From: Cyanophora paradoxa CCMP329
Taxonomy: Eukaryota; Plantae; Glaucophyta
DNA length: 64,000 nucleotides
Assembly: GCA_004431415.1 (NCBI GenBank)
Contig: QPMI01000200.1
Span: 62,001-126,000, forward strand
Reading direction: 5' to 3'
A program made the translations under genes and the position numbers. Below are positions 1-12,444 of this stretch, one piece after another. The first letter of the stretch is position 1; the number at the start of each line of letters is the position of its first letter. Under the pieces are notes generated by a model. That model saw only the letters and a list, made by a program, of their open reading frames with translations. It did no database searches and was not told where the DNA came from.

Positions 1-3000
1 GAAGATGGAATGGGGACTGAGGTGATCGAGCTGAAGGTGATGGGGAAATGACGTGGGCCACAATCCCTTCTGCAGAGGGCCCGAGAACAGGCGAAGATGA
101 CAGCCGTGCTGCCAGGCCAGGGACCCCCTGACAAGCTGCGGCAAGAACGAGCATTGCACATGCTTGAGATTGTGGTCCCTCTGCATCTGATGGCCGTGCA
201 GCAATTGCGGCAAGGGTGTCAACTGATGAACCACTCGCAGCAAGCTCCTCCGCGCATCTTGCTGATGCTCGACAAACATGTAGCAGCACCTACGCAAGCA
301 TCGATACTGGCCTCGCCGAGACGATAGGGAATCCAATCGTGGTTGCACCTGTACGGCTGCAAGGCGGGCCTCTGAGCGAACAAGCTCACAGACTCGTTGG
401 AGAGCACTGCGCTGCAACAGCTCGTCCGCAACAGCAGATCCAACCTGTAGCCGGATGTTCATTAGGAGACGATCCTTTGGGGCGAACAGATAACGTACAA
501 CCACATCAAGGGCACGGTCTTGGAGTTCAACTGAAGGCGGAAGAGATGGCCGGGCTGTCTCAGATCCTCCATTCGCCGTGGCTGGGTCATCACGAGGTGG
601 ATAGGGGAACGGCAGGACATCAACAACAGCACGTGGATTCGCGCCGTTGGCAGGCGGGGTCTGAAGGAGGTGTGCTAACGCCTTGAGAGCAGCAATCGCA
701 ACGCGATCAGGCTGTTGAAGGCAAGCAACCAGCGTAGATGGTACGCGCACACTGTCTTTATGTCAGTGCAGATTGATCAAGCGTGCTATGGCAAAACTTA
801 CGTTGGGTCGACAAGCTGCAAGAAAAGGGGGCGGGACGAGAACACAGCACTGCCTGCCTGATGGAGCAATACCGAGACGCACTGCTTCTTGTTGTGAGAA
901 ATGCAGTCATTGAGGGTCATGAAAGAATGCTAGGACGCACGGTGAGGGATTCTTCTTGCACAGCAAGTGTGGAATCATGTGGATAAACACAGAGGCGGTG
1001 AAGGAGAGGGAAGAATGCGTTGGCGTAGACTGCGGGAACCGGGGGTGCTCTGAACCCTCCATCGGAGGAGAACGATACCTCTGCCACAACGCCGACACAT
1101 CGTACTACCTCGCAAATGACGTCCGGAGATGCGGCATCCACTGGCACGTTGAGAGCAGCCTTGAGCAGGCATAACAGGAGTGAGGGCAAGTTCGGAGCGC
1201 TGGCAAGCACGTCGAGGGCAGGATCATCGGGAGGCTTGCCCAAGGCAAGCAGGTTCGTGACGAGGCGAAGCACAGAGCACAGGGAAGATTTGTACACCGA
1301 GCCTCCATTCCGCAATCCTTCAGGGGCACTCTACCGATCTGGTTAAACGAGCGCCACATGACTGCCTGCTGGCACGCACCGTGATAAACTCGATGATGCG
1401 CACGCCAAGAGCTCGATCTCTTCGAAGACGTGTGGATCCCGGCTCCTCTTGTGAAGTAATCTCAAATTCCGTCCATTTGTCCTCAGGAGCAGGCTGCGAG
1501 GGTTGCACCACAGCCATGCGTGATGGAGGACTCTGGGCTGGCTGTATTCACGGTGAGACACATGCCGACAGAATGATACGGCGTACATGTGGGAAAGGCG
1601 CACCCTAGAAGTGGCCTTCGATGCAGAGCCTGGTGCATCGCGCGGCGAACCTGAAGGCGCAGCACCCGCAGAGCCAGCACTCGTAGTGCTGACGGTGCGC
1701 GGAAGAGCAGACGACTTGACGCTGTGGGCTCCTGAAGGTGAGGGCGCTGGAGGTGGTGCTGTACCACCAAGGGCCGGAACTCCAGGGCGTCGAGCCACGG
1801 CAGCAGGAGCGGTTCGAGGTGCCTTCGCATCCGTTGCAGGCACCTGCGAGAAATCAGATTCAACAATAGCATAGGGAGACATGCGGCGCTCACAGCCTGG
1901 GGTCGCGCGGGAGAAGAGCGGGGTGCGGCTGATGCTGGTTGGGCGCTGGGAGATGCAGCCGCGGCTGTGGCTGGCTTCCGGACACCAGGGCGTGTGGAAC
2001 CCGCGGAAGTTGGGGTGGTTGCTTTATTACTCTTGACCTGCGTTCGCCGTCAGGATAAGATAAGAGAACTGCGAAGCTGAGCGTTTACGGAAGTGGATGA
2101 CGGAGATGGTTCTGATGTGAGAGCCTGCGCGTGGGGTGTGGTGGAGAGACTGGAGGGTGCACTGGATGGCAATGTGCGTGGAAAGTCGGGAAACACGTCG
2201 AACTGATTCGCACGCCACGGCGGGGGTGGTTCGTGCCGTCGTGACCACTCAATCCTGCGAGGAAAGCGGAATCAGGCGTGTGTTGACTGTTCTGGGGCCG
2301 AAGGCGTGCCTGTCCTGCTCAGTCTCTTTCACAAACGGGTGGTCGCCAAGCTGGGGCCACGCGAGCCGATGTTGTGGGGCCTTGTTGAGAAGACCTTTGA
2401 GGAAGCTCTTGAACTGCGGGCTACATGATCGTGTCAAGAGGCATCGACAGTGACAAAACTGCAGGAAGACACGCCTCATGTTATCGGGATACTTCACAGG
2501 ATCTTTGACGATGAGATGGATGAGGGAGTAGATCGAGTTCGTGTAAAATGGTGGCTGCCCAACAAAAAGTTCGTAGAGAATGACACCAAGAGACCAGAGG
2601 TCGGCCTTCTCGTTGTATGGCTGCTCTTGAACAAGCTCCGGTGCCATGTAGAGAGGAGTGCCTGTGAAAGCTTGAATACGCGAGGGGTGGAACGAGAACG
2701 TGGAGATTGAGTACGAACCCTTGATTGAGGTAAGCACCATTGTGTTGCACGACATAGCGCGAGCGAAGCCGAAGTCGCAGAGCTTAACTGTGCCGTTGGC
2801 TGCGATGAGAATGTTCTGCGGCTGCAACGAAGGCTTAGCAGACCGAACGAAGGTATGCATACAAGGAACGTAGTGAAACACAGGAATAATGCTTCAGTGA
2901 GAAAACCCCCAAAAGAAAAAAGAAAATTAATCAACTGTAGACTGACAGAAACACTCACTTTCATGTCTCTGTGAATGATGCGATTCGAGTGCAAGTAGTA

Positions 3001-3464
3001 CAGAGCCTTGACAAGCTGCTTGGCGATCTTCTGGACCTCGGACTCGGGAAGGCTGTGATCGTCCTCGAGAATCTCAAAGAGCTCCCCCTGAGGCCGTGCC
3101 CTGTCAAAGAAGCGAAGCTGGCGAGCAGACTGGTGGGTTGCGCAACCTGAGCGTATTCTGTGACAACGCAGAACTCGTTCTTGGTCTCGAAGGAATCGAG
3201 CATTAGAATGATGTTCTCGTGGTTCAAGCCGCGCAAGATTTCAATCTCCTGCCGCAAGTTCTTAATGTCCTTCTCGCTCTTGCCATGCTTAGCGATGAAC
3301 TTGAGCGCGACTATCTGCCCGCTCCCTTTCCGTCGGCCCTGTCGGACGTGTACGATACAAGCGTAAGCTTCACCGTCCAGCAGCGGGCGCTTCGGCACAC
3401 GCGCCTTGTAAACTTTGCCGAAGCTCCCCTCGCCGATTAGCTCGAGGATGTGGTAGGCGTCCAT
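1..3464 (-). CDS. STK36: Fused/STK36/TIO-family Ser/Thr kinase (multi-exon; C-terminal part runs off the window start)
   Basis: Spliced translation from ATG at 3464: [20 protein letters not shown]|[15 protein letters not shown]...HRDMK|PQNILI...[23 protein letters not shown]|[15 protein letters not shown]. The [24 protein letters not shown] segment is characteristic of Fused/STK36. Intron 1 is GC-AG. Confidence 0.92.
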
Positions 3465-3503
3465 GTAACGCACGCTATGCGCTATACGCTACGTGAAATC
3501 TGC

Positions 3504-3562
3504 CGCTCGGCCGCTGCTCGGCCGCTGGGCCGCTCGGCCGCTGCTCGGCCGCTGGGCCGCTC
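3504..3562. repeat. 27-bp tandem duplication upstream of STK36
   Basis: ggccgctgctcggccgctgggccgctc occurs twice in tandem. Confidence 0.8.
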
Positions 3563-4052
3563 AGGTCCTCGGCGCTGACAGCTTTTGAAACTCGTCGCAC
3601 GCCCTCCGAGGCGCCTCGTCGCAGCGCGGCCCAGCCCTCCTTCCCGAGCGATAGGCCGCCGTCCGAGGACGTCGCTGAGCCGTGGGCGGCTTGCACGTCA
3701 CCGCCGAAGCAGCCGCATCCAGGGTACGGGTCCAAATTCGTCTCGCGCTGCTCGCATCGAGTCGGCGTCACCCAGTCCAACCGCACGCGCTGCATCGCTC
3801 GAGGCCCATACCAGCGGTCTCCAGCACACACGCGCCGCTCGCGCAGCCGTGCAGTAGTTAGAAAGCGCTGCGCCGCGGCTGCACGTCGCCATTCGGAGCG
3901 CTGCAGCGGGCAGGCGTGTAGTCGTGTCGTCGTTCGCAGTGCAGTGCATGCGCCCAGAGTAGCTTGAGGCGGCCTGGTCGACGCCGTGGACGCTCGATCC
4001 AGCGCCCCGCACGCACGACGGGCTTTCTTTCAATCGAAGCTGTTTTCAAGCG

Positions 4053-5032
4053 ATGCCGCCCAGGCTTGCATACCTTGGACCTGAAGGCTCCTTCTCCCAC
4101 GAGGTCCGTCGCGCCGCGTCCCGCTGGTTTAGCTAAAGGGACGGGCAGCACAGCTAGCGCGGTTTAACTAGAAGGTCGGCGACATATCGCTAACTGGCTG
4201 TGGCTGGGAGCAGGCCGCCTCACCGCTCGCGCGAGAACTCGGTGCCGATCTTATCACGCTGGGATCGATTGGAGAGGTTGCGGCCTCGATCGGGAGGAGC
4301 ACGGACCTCGGTCTCGTACCTCTCGAGAACTCTGAGGCGGGCTTCGTCCCTGCCACCCTTACGGCTCTAGCACGGGAGGCGCCCGGCCGACTACGCGCTG
4401 TGCGTGAAGCGCTGGTTCCCATTGAATTCGTCGTTTGCGCAAGGTAATCGCGGAGGCAGGCGAGGCCAGAGCTGATCTGATCTGACTGCAGGCCAGGGAC
4501 CGCGCTAGACGGCGTGAGCCGCCTCCTCTCTCATCCGATGGCCTTCGCACAGTGCGAGGATTGGATAAGGAAGAATCTGCCCAGCGCCCAGCGTATAGAG
4601 GTGGAAAGCACGAGCCTCGCCGCCCTGAGGGCAGCGGCCGAGGACGATGCAGCGGCTTTGGCGAGCTTCCATGCAGCGCAGGCCGCGAAGCTGGCGATCT
4701 ACGCGCGTGGAGTGCAGTCCAGCCCAAATAATATGACTCGCTTCCTATTACTCGCCCCCGCCGCGTCTTCGTGGCCGCTCCCTCGGCCGCTGGCAGGCCC
4801 GGTACGCGCCGCGTTCGTCGGCGAGATTGCAGCAGCGTGCGGGGTGCTGGCATCTGCCGGTGGGCGCATCTCGGCAGCGCTGCCCGTTGCGCCAAGTGGA
4901 GGGGGCTACGGCTACGTGGAAGGCCGTGTGGATGCCGAGCGTCTTTCCGAGCTCGCCGCCCCGGGGAGCTTCTTACTCGGTGCATGGGCACGGTCCGCCT
5001 CGCTGCCCGCTCTGCTGCGCAAGCACGCCTAG
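4053..5032 (+). CDS. Prephenate dehydratase module with divergent ACT-like tail; probably the N-terminal module of a longer fused gene
   Basis: Spliced: MPPRLAYLGPEGSFSHE|...GLVPLENS...|...LLSHPMAFAQC...VESTSLAA...NNMTRFLLL...FLLGAW. The LGPxGxFS, P[IL]ENS, SHPxAxxQC and TRF motifs of PDT are all present. Confidence 0.88.
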
Positions 5033-5059
5033 GCCTGACGGCCGCCCACGGGCGTCTAG

Positions 5060-8000
5060 GGCCGCCTCGCCTCGTCGACAGGAGTCACGCGAGCCACCGT
5101 TTCCTGAAAACCTTGAGGAGTCCGCGGTGCTGCGGAGATGCGTGCAAGAACTGCTACGGGACGGGGGCCTTGCAGGTCGCCTGGCTGTGTCGAACGTGAA
5201 GCGCATCGCACGAAACGGGACCAAAGAGTATCGCCGCAAGCTTGCATCCGCCATGGAGAAATCGTGGATACGCATCCTTGTAAGCGAGGAGGAGCGGACG
5301 GAGTACCAGCACGATCTGGTCGGCTTCCTCAAACTCCTTGACGTCGTTGCGGAGGCCAGGGGTGTCCACTCCTGTGACTGTATCCACGCCGTGCTTGACG
5401 GTACTCCGTGCATTCCGGCCCGCTCCTTGCAATTGGCACCGACGCTCTCGACGAAGGTGGCAGAAAAACTCGGAACTTCATCTTGACGCTTTTCTTCGGT
5501 TACCAGGTACCCCGTTCAATGCAGCTCTACGTCCAGGAGCTGACGCTCCTTGAGGGGTTGTACGAGCTTCCGGGGGGCGGGACGGCGTGGCAAGCGTCGT
5601 TGGAGGCGAGCGTCGCAATTGCGGAGCAATTGCAAGATCGTGGCCGCGACTGGCTCATCCTCTCCTCCTCAGGCGCGTACCTTCCTCCGCTTTTCACGTA
5701 CTCCTTGTCACACAGCAGCGTGCCGCCACCTCAGACTTCGATCTGCTCCCGGCGAGCATCACCGTTCAGGGACGGCCCCTCCGCGACATTGCTAAGGCCC
5801 CCGCCGACTTCGTGCGCCCGCCCACGCGCTGCTGCGGACCGCCGCCGACCCCGCGCAGGTTCTCTTCACCCAGCCCGTGCCGCCTGATATTGATGCGGCT
5901 GTGAGGGCATGTAGAGACGTCGTGCTTGCGGCCGCCGGGCCAGACTTTGCAAAGCTGCCGAACGAGCGAGCTGCCGAGCTGGTCCTCGACCTCGCCGCCG
6001 CCCCGGGCACCGAGCCCCGCGCGGCCGCTGACATGCGCTCCGCCGCCGCTGCCCTCCGCGCCCTTTCGAGCAAGGGCGTCGTGTGGGCCCGCCGAGATGG
6101 CCCCGACTTCGATTACGTGGGTGCGGGCCGGTCGCCGTGCCACAGAGCCCTCCGCCTCCTCGGGCCCCGCCCTCCTCTCGCTTACGCCCCTGCAGAGAAG
6201 CCGAGCGTGGGCGAGCTCTTCGTGCGCTGGGGGCGCCTTCCGGATGGGCGATCGGCGGAGATGCTCGCGAACATGTGCATGGACCTCCCCACTCCACAAC
6301 GCGTGCCGGCGCGGCGGGGCCTCACGCAGCGCAGCATGTACTGTGCAATCTCAAAGAGCGTTCTCGATCCGCTGCGGGCCGCCTTCGAGGAGGGGAGCCG
6401 GTACCGACCCGGGCGCCCCCTCCGGCACGCCATTCCGTTCGGATTCTACGCCACCCTTTGGCACGCCCCACGTGCAACTCAAGAGCAGTGGGACTCTGCA
6501 TGGGCTAGGGCCTTTCCTGCATTTCCTGCGGCCGGCTCAACGGGGGCCGACGCCGCCGCCCGCGCCGCCTGGACCGAGGACGGCCGGGCGTTGCGCCGCA
6601 TCGCCGCGAAGTTCATGGCAGTGCGCGGCTTGCGCATGCGACGCCTTGCCCGCTGCGCTGACACAGGGCAGGGGCGGCGAACGGTGGTCGCGTCTGTGGG
6701 GCAAGGAGCTCTCGTGGGGGATCTGGTAGGCTTTTAATCGAATTGGCCTGCCTTGATTTAGCTTTGGCCTCTTCAAACTCGACTTTTCAACCTTCTGATT
6801 GTCAGGGGGAGCCTGCACTGTATCTCGAGGCCTGCCTTGCCCGTGCCACGCACCCTGTCGCCCGCGCGGGTCTCGCCGGCCTCCCCGCGACTGGCTCCAT
6901 CCTCCGCTCCGCCGTCTCTGCTGCTGTTCGTTCGCCCCTGCGCGCGGGGACTAGCAGACAGGACGAGGCAGACACGCGGGGGGTGCAGGTAGCGGCCCAC
7001 GACCCGTCGCGTGTCCTCATCGTCGACTCCGCCCTCGAGGGCCCGGGCCGCATCCTCATCGACAACCGCCCCCGTGCCACCGCCCCCACCCCGACGCGGG
7101 CTTCGCATTCCTCACGCCGCCGCAGGGCCCGGGGCTGCCGATCCGCTCGTGGTCGTGATCTCGAATTCGCTCATCCGCGTCGCCGCCAGCCGCACACTCC
7201 TCATCGGCGCCGGCGAGTACCAACCCGCACCCCTCGAGGACCACGTCGCCCCGTCCGCACGCCGTGCCCACTCCGGCAGCGGGCCCCTCACCGGGGCTCC
7301 GCAGAGGCATTGTAATTGAATCGTCCTCCCTCGACCTGCCGCACGGCGGGCGCGTCGACGGGCCCTCCGCCCTTTTGGTTGGAATGGAATGGCCCCCGGC
7401 CCCCTCGGACCTTGACAGGGAGGGCCCGTACTTCCACCACCACCCCTGCCACGTGAGGCCTCACCACCCGCCCCCTGCTGGCGGCGCGCCTCAAGTCGCG
7501 CGGGAACAGGTCGCTGCCTGTGTCCGGCTGCTCGCGGACGACGGAGGGCTAGGGGGGGCCGGCCCTGTGATCCGGCCCCGCTTTCCCATTGGGCAGCGCG
7601 CGAACGAAGCGAGCGCAGCGCACGGCGGGCGGCGGCCCCTCGACCTCCCCCTCTTCGCCGGCCTGCATTTCGACGCCGCCTGCTCTGCCGTGCATGGGCC
7701 CCCCGCACGAGCCCCGCGCTCCCCGACTGCCCGCAGGTCGACGTCCCGCGTTCGGCAGGAGCCCGCGCGACGCTGCGGGCGCGCATCGCGGCGGCGGTGG
7801 CCTCCGGGCATGATTCGCCTGCGGAGGTGGAGCCGGCGCGGCTGGCGTCTCTCGACGGGGCGGCTCTCGACGCCCGCGTCGATGCCCTCCGGTCCTCCTG
7901 CTCTGGTCTCTTCCCCCGACAGCACCCCGCTCCAGCCCCCAGCACCGTCTGATGGGCCGCTGCAGGCGCCGAGGCGGCGCGCGCGCTTTTCGCCCTTGTC

Positions 8001-10428
8001 TTCGGAAGCGATGCGGAGGTGCGGTCCGGGCCCCTTTAATGAGCTTGCCCCGACCCCGCGAATCACCCCGCCGTAGGTCGTCGCGTCGGCCCCGGGGCGC
8101 CTCAATGGTGGCGCCGCGCATACTGATTGGTCGTTTGGGCCGGTGATGGGCTTCGCAATTCACAAACGGACCTACGTGGCTGCCTCGCGATGCCCCGCGG
8201 CGGGGCAATCTCTCGAGCTCTACTCCGCGGACGTGCCCATCGCACGCCGCGTTCGCCGGCCCGCTCCGCCCATCAACGAACTGCCCCTCCCCCACAACGA
8301 TCCCTCGGCCTGGTCCAACTACGTGCGCCGCTCTGCGCCAGCGCGCCCTGCCGGGCGCAGAGAGCGGCGGCAGGTGGTGGCGGCGGCGCGGGAGGCGGCC
8401 CGGGAAGGGTGCGAGGCAACCTCTGGGGTGAGGCTGCTGGTGGCGAGCGAGGTGCCGCAGGGGGCCGGCCTCTCAAGCTCCGCCGCCCTCGAAGGTGCCG
8501 ACCCCTTGATGCCATTCCCCCTCGACTTCGACTGATGCAAAGAAAAGTCGCCACCCTCCTCGCCCTCGCCCGCCTCAGCCCACCCGCCTCCGGCCCACTT
8601 GCATTCGCCGCGGGCACCGCCGTCGTGCGTTGCCCCGCGGAGACGCGCGCCTGCTGCTCCGACCCCGAGCCGCAGGACGAGCTTCCCGAAACGCTGCTGT
8701 TGGCTGTCTCGCGAATCGCGAACCGCGCCGAGAACTTGTACTGCAACGTCGCCTCCGGTCTTTTTGCCTTTCTTCCCTATGATGCTTTTCCAATTCGAAC
8801 TTCATTCAGGTTTTCTCGACCAGGTCAAGTCGCCCTGCTCCCGAACCCCCCGGGCCCGCGGCCGCTGAGGCGGCTCAGGGGGTCTCTGCCCTCGCCCGGG
8901 CCGGCTGCTTCACTGGGATCGAGTGCCGCGCCGACGAGCCGCGCCTCCTCGGCTCCTTCCCCTGCGCCCTTTCCGCCGCCGGCTACTCCCTTCTAGTCAT
9001 CGAAACAGGGAGTCAGGCGCCTCCTGACTCCACCCTCCCCGCGTTGCGCCGCGATGCAAGCTGCGCCCCGCAGCGGCGCCTTGCGGCCGGCGGCGCGGAC
9101 TCGGATGACGCGGCGTTGCCGCTGTGCGAGCGCCCACTGACCGAGTTTAATCGCCGAGTTCATCGTTACTGGCTCGCCGTCCGGGGCCTCCTCACCGCCC
9201 TGCCCCTCGGCCGCGACCGACGCCCCTTCACACTCGACTCCGACGCCAACCCCGCCCTCGCCTGCTGGTGCGCCGCTCGCTTTGCCCCGCCGCGCGGGCC
9301 CCTCCCCTTACGTATTGCTCCGGCCTTCTAACATGAATACTCGGCGCAGGCCGTGGGAACTCGAGGCCGCCCTAGCTGCAGCCCCGCCCTCCCTCCTGCT
9401 CGTCTGCGAGCCCGAGCTTAATCCCGCCAGCGACATCAACCGCGCCGCCGCGGTGCGGGGCCGCCTGCCGCCCGCCCCCTCGTGGCCGACGCGGAGCAGG
9501 CGCTGGGGGCGAGGCTAGGCTGCGGCGGTTCCGAAGGTGAAGGAGTGCCGGTGGCTCTGCGCCGCGAGGCCGGGGCGCCCCATGCACGTTACGCTTTCGC
9601 CGGATGTCTCCCTGCGAACGTCGAGCCCCTTGCCGCGGCCGCCGCCGCAGGACTTCCGGCCGAACTCCTCGCCACGGGTCCCCTCCTCGAGGTCGTCCGT
9701 GCGCAGCCCCAGCATAACCCTGGCCGGGCCCCGCTGACTTCGTCCAGGCTTCCATGTCCGCGAGGCGGCCCGCGGTGCGCAAGGGGCAAAACTGGTAAGA
9801 GCGGCAACAATACATACATCTTCTAACAAGGCGCGGGCGTGCAGTGCGCGCCCTCTTCGCTCTCCTCTCTCGGCAAGCACCGCCACGCGAGCTCGCCAGC
9901 TGGTGACGCGGATCCCCATGCCCATGTGCTGCTCTCAGCCTGACGCGACTTAAAAGGGTGGCGGCCGAGCTTCGGGAGCACGCGGCGGGCCTGCCTTCGA
10001 AGCAGGCGGCACGGGCTCGTCTCGAGGAGGCGGCGGCGGAGGCAGTGGCGGCGGAACGGGAGCTCTCGAGGCTCGAGGCGGCGGCGGTGCAGGCGGCCCT
10101 CGGGGACCTCTCCTGGGTGGACAAGCGGGACGCCTTCCGGGGGGACGGCCCCGGGCAGCCCCTCCAGCGCGCCTACGACGCCGCCGAGTCGGCTGCCGCC
10201 TTCGAGGCGACCGAGGGCCTGCAACTGCCCGACGTCGTGGGCAAGGTCGCGCCGGGGGCGGGCTGGGGCGGTGCCGTCGCGATTTGGGCAAAGCCGGCCG
10301 CGGTGGAGCGCGTGCGCGCCTGCGTCCTTGAGGCCCGCGCCGGCGTCGATGTGTGGTCCGCCACCTTCTCCCCTGGGGCGCGCCTCGATTTCGATGGCGT
10401 CTCCGGATCCGTAGCGAGACAGCGCTAG
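5060..10428 (+). CDS. Multi-exon sugar-phosphate nucleotidyltransferase-like domain + beta-helix-like region + galactokinase-like GHMP kinase
   Basis: Spliced motifs in order: AVLD|GGRKTRNFILT (LAGGxGTR-like), ILSSS|D, KGVV...YV|EKPS, GDL|GEPALYLEACL; then SAPGRLNGGAAHTDW, WSNYV, VPQGAGLSSSAALE, AENLYCNVASG|FLDQ, PGAGWGGAV. Stop at 10428. Confidence 0.75.
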
Positions 10429-10736
10429 CTGGCGCTGGCATTCTCGAACGTACTAGTACGGTAGCGTGTGGCTAGTTTGGATCCTCGAACGCTTACAGAA
10501 TCTGAAAAATATATCCTTCTGCGTAAGCAAATCCGCTGGCCTCATGGCCACTGCCCTATAGCCTAGTAGCTAGCTCAGGCTAGTGTACCCCCTATCTGGC
10601 ATCGCGTGTCAGCGGTGCGTCAGAGTTCGCTAAGAGCTCGAGCATGCGCGTGACTAGCTGAAAGATCTGAGGCGCGCGCGGGACCGCTGACGGCGCGCGC
10701 AATCTTTTTCACGCGATTTCGCGTGCGCAGGTCACG

Positions 10737-12262
10737 ATGACGGTCGAGAAGCCGACAATGAAGCCTGCGTCGCCTTGCTTCGGATCGGGCCCCTGCAAGA
10801 AGCGCCCAGGCTACACCGTTCAGGAAGCGCTCAAGGACTGCCCCTTGGGGCGTTCGCATCGCTCGGAGCTCGGTCTTGGCAAAATTAAGAAGGCTATCGA
10901 GGACACGCACAAGCTGCTGGGCCTCCCCGATGACTACGTGGTCGGGATCGTCCCCGCATCGGACACCGGCGCCGTCGAGATGGCGATGTGGTCGATGCTG
11001 GGCCCGCGCCCCGTCGATATCTGTTATTGGGAAGCGTTCGGACAGGGCTGGTACGATGACGCCGTCAAGCAGCTCAAGCTGAAAGACGTCGCCAACGTCA
11101 AGGCGGACTACGGCAAGCTCCCTGACCTCTCCCAGGTCCGCCCCGACCACGACGTGATCTTCACGTGGAACGGCACCACTTCTGGTGTGAAGGTGCAACA
11201 CGCCGTCTGCTATAAGCGCCCGGGCGGCTGATGCGGGCGCGGGCAGGTCCCGAACAGCGAGTTCATTAGCGACAACCGCGAGGGCATCGTCATCTGCGAC
11301 GCCACGTCCGCGATCTTCGCGCAGGTGCGCAGAAGTGCTCGCCACCAAAGTGCGCCTGCGCGACGCCGCGGCGGGGTCTGACCCACTCTTTCCTTTCCCG
11401 CAGGATATGAAGCCTTGGAACAAGCTCGACGTGATCACATACAGCTGGCAAAAGGCGCTTCCTACGTATAATCTCTTTCCGACGAGACTCCGGCGACGCG
11501 CTGCCCGCAGGTCCTTGGGGGGGAGGGTGCTCACGGCGTGATCATCCTGAGCCCGCGCGCCATCCAACGGCTCGAGTCCTACACTCCCTCGTGGCCGATG
11601 CCGAAGGTACTGTCCGGCCGCGCGCACGACGAAGGCCGCGGCGCCGATGGCGGGGCCAGATCTTCCGCATGACGAAGGGCGGGAAGCTGAACCGGGAGAT
11701 TTTCGAGGGCTCGGTGATTAACACGCCCTCGATGATGTGCGTGGAGGACTACCTCGACGCTCTGGAATGGTCCAAGGTCCGCCCCGCTTTCCCTCCCGCC
11801 CGCCGGTTCCGAACCGAGTCGTGCCCGGCAGTCCCTTGGCGGCCTGGACGCGCTGCTGGCCAAGTCGAAGCGCAACTTCGCCGTGCTGGAAAGGTGAGGG
11901 GGGCGTGGGAGGCGGCCGGCTGGGGCCCGACGCGGCGCAGGTTCGTGGCGGAGAATGACTGGATCCACTTCCTGTGCGAGGACCCGGCGATCCGTTCGAA
12001 CACCTCCGTCTGCCTTACCCTCGACCTCCCCGCGGACAAGGCGCGCTCGCTCGCGCGGCGGGGCGGGGTGGGGCGGGGGCGAAGGGGGCGGCAGGTGAAG
12101 CAGCTGCAGAAGCTGCTCTCCTCGGAGAAGGTGGCGTACGACATCGGGAGCTACCGGGACGCGCCGGCCGGCCTTCGTATCTGGTGCGGCTCCACCGTCG
12201 AGGAGGCCGACCTCGAGGCCCTCTGCCCCTGGATCAAGTGGGCCTACCACCAGCTCAAGTGA
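10737..12262 (+). CDS. serC: Phosphoserine aminotransferase, alphaproteobacterial/Methanosarcina-type SerC; 8 exons
   Basis: Clean spliced ORF with [45 protein letters not shown]|VLGGEGAHG (PLP lysine), NTPSM and [17 protein letters not shown]. Seven introns, two of them GC-AG (11455, 12041). Confidence 0.93.
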
Positions 12263-12304
12263 TCGCCCTCGCCCCCAGCCTCCTGTGCGACGCTTCACTT
12301 GGCC

Positions 12305-12366
12305 CTACTGTATTTCAGATATGACTCACACGATATCTGGACTAGCCCAGTAGCTGTTCGGACTAT
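12305..12366. repeat. Dispersed repeat family, short copy A
   Basis: ctactgtatttcagatatgactcacacgatatctggactagcccagtagctgttcggacta matches the start of the copies at 29421 and 48668 and the fragment at 39831. Confidence 0.85.
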
Positions 12367-12444
12367 CCACGGGTGGGGGCGGGACGGGGGGAGGTGGGGG
12401 AAAGCGGAAGAAGGAAAGGGTCTCCGTGTGGCCGTGTGCGTGTG

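Noticed and set aside
3964-4052. Chorismate mutase remnant upstream of PDT (IEAVFKR)
   Set aside because: A short match in a different frame with no other chorismate mutase motif.
4053-12262. Relic of a bacterial serC-pheA operon
   Set aside because: The order is reversed, 5 kb of unrelated coding sequence intervenes, both genes contain introns, and this SerC is not the subfamily typical of those operons.
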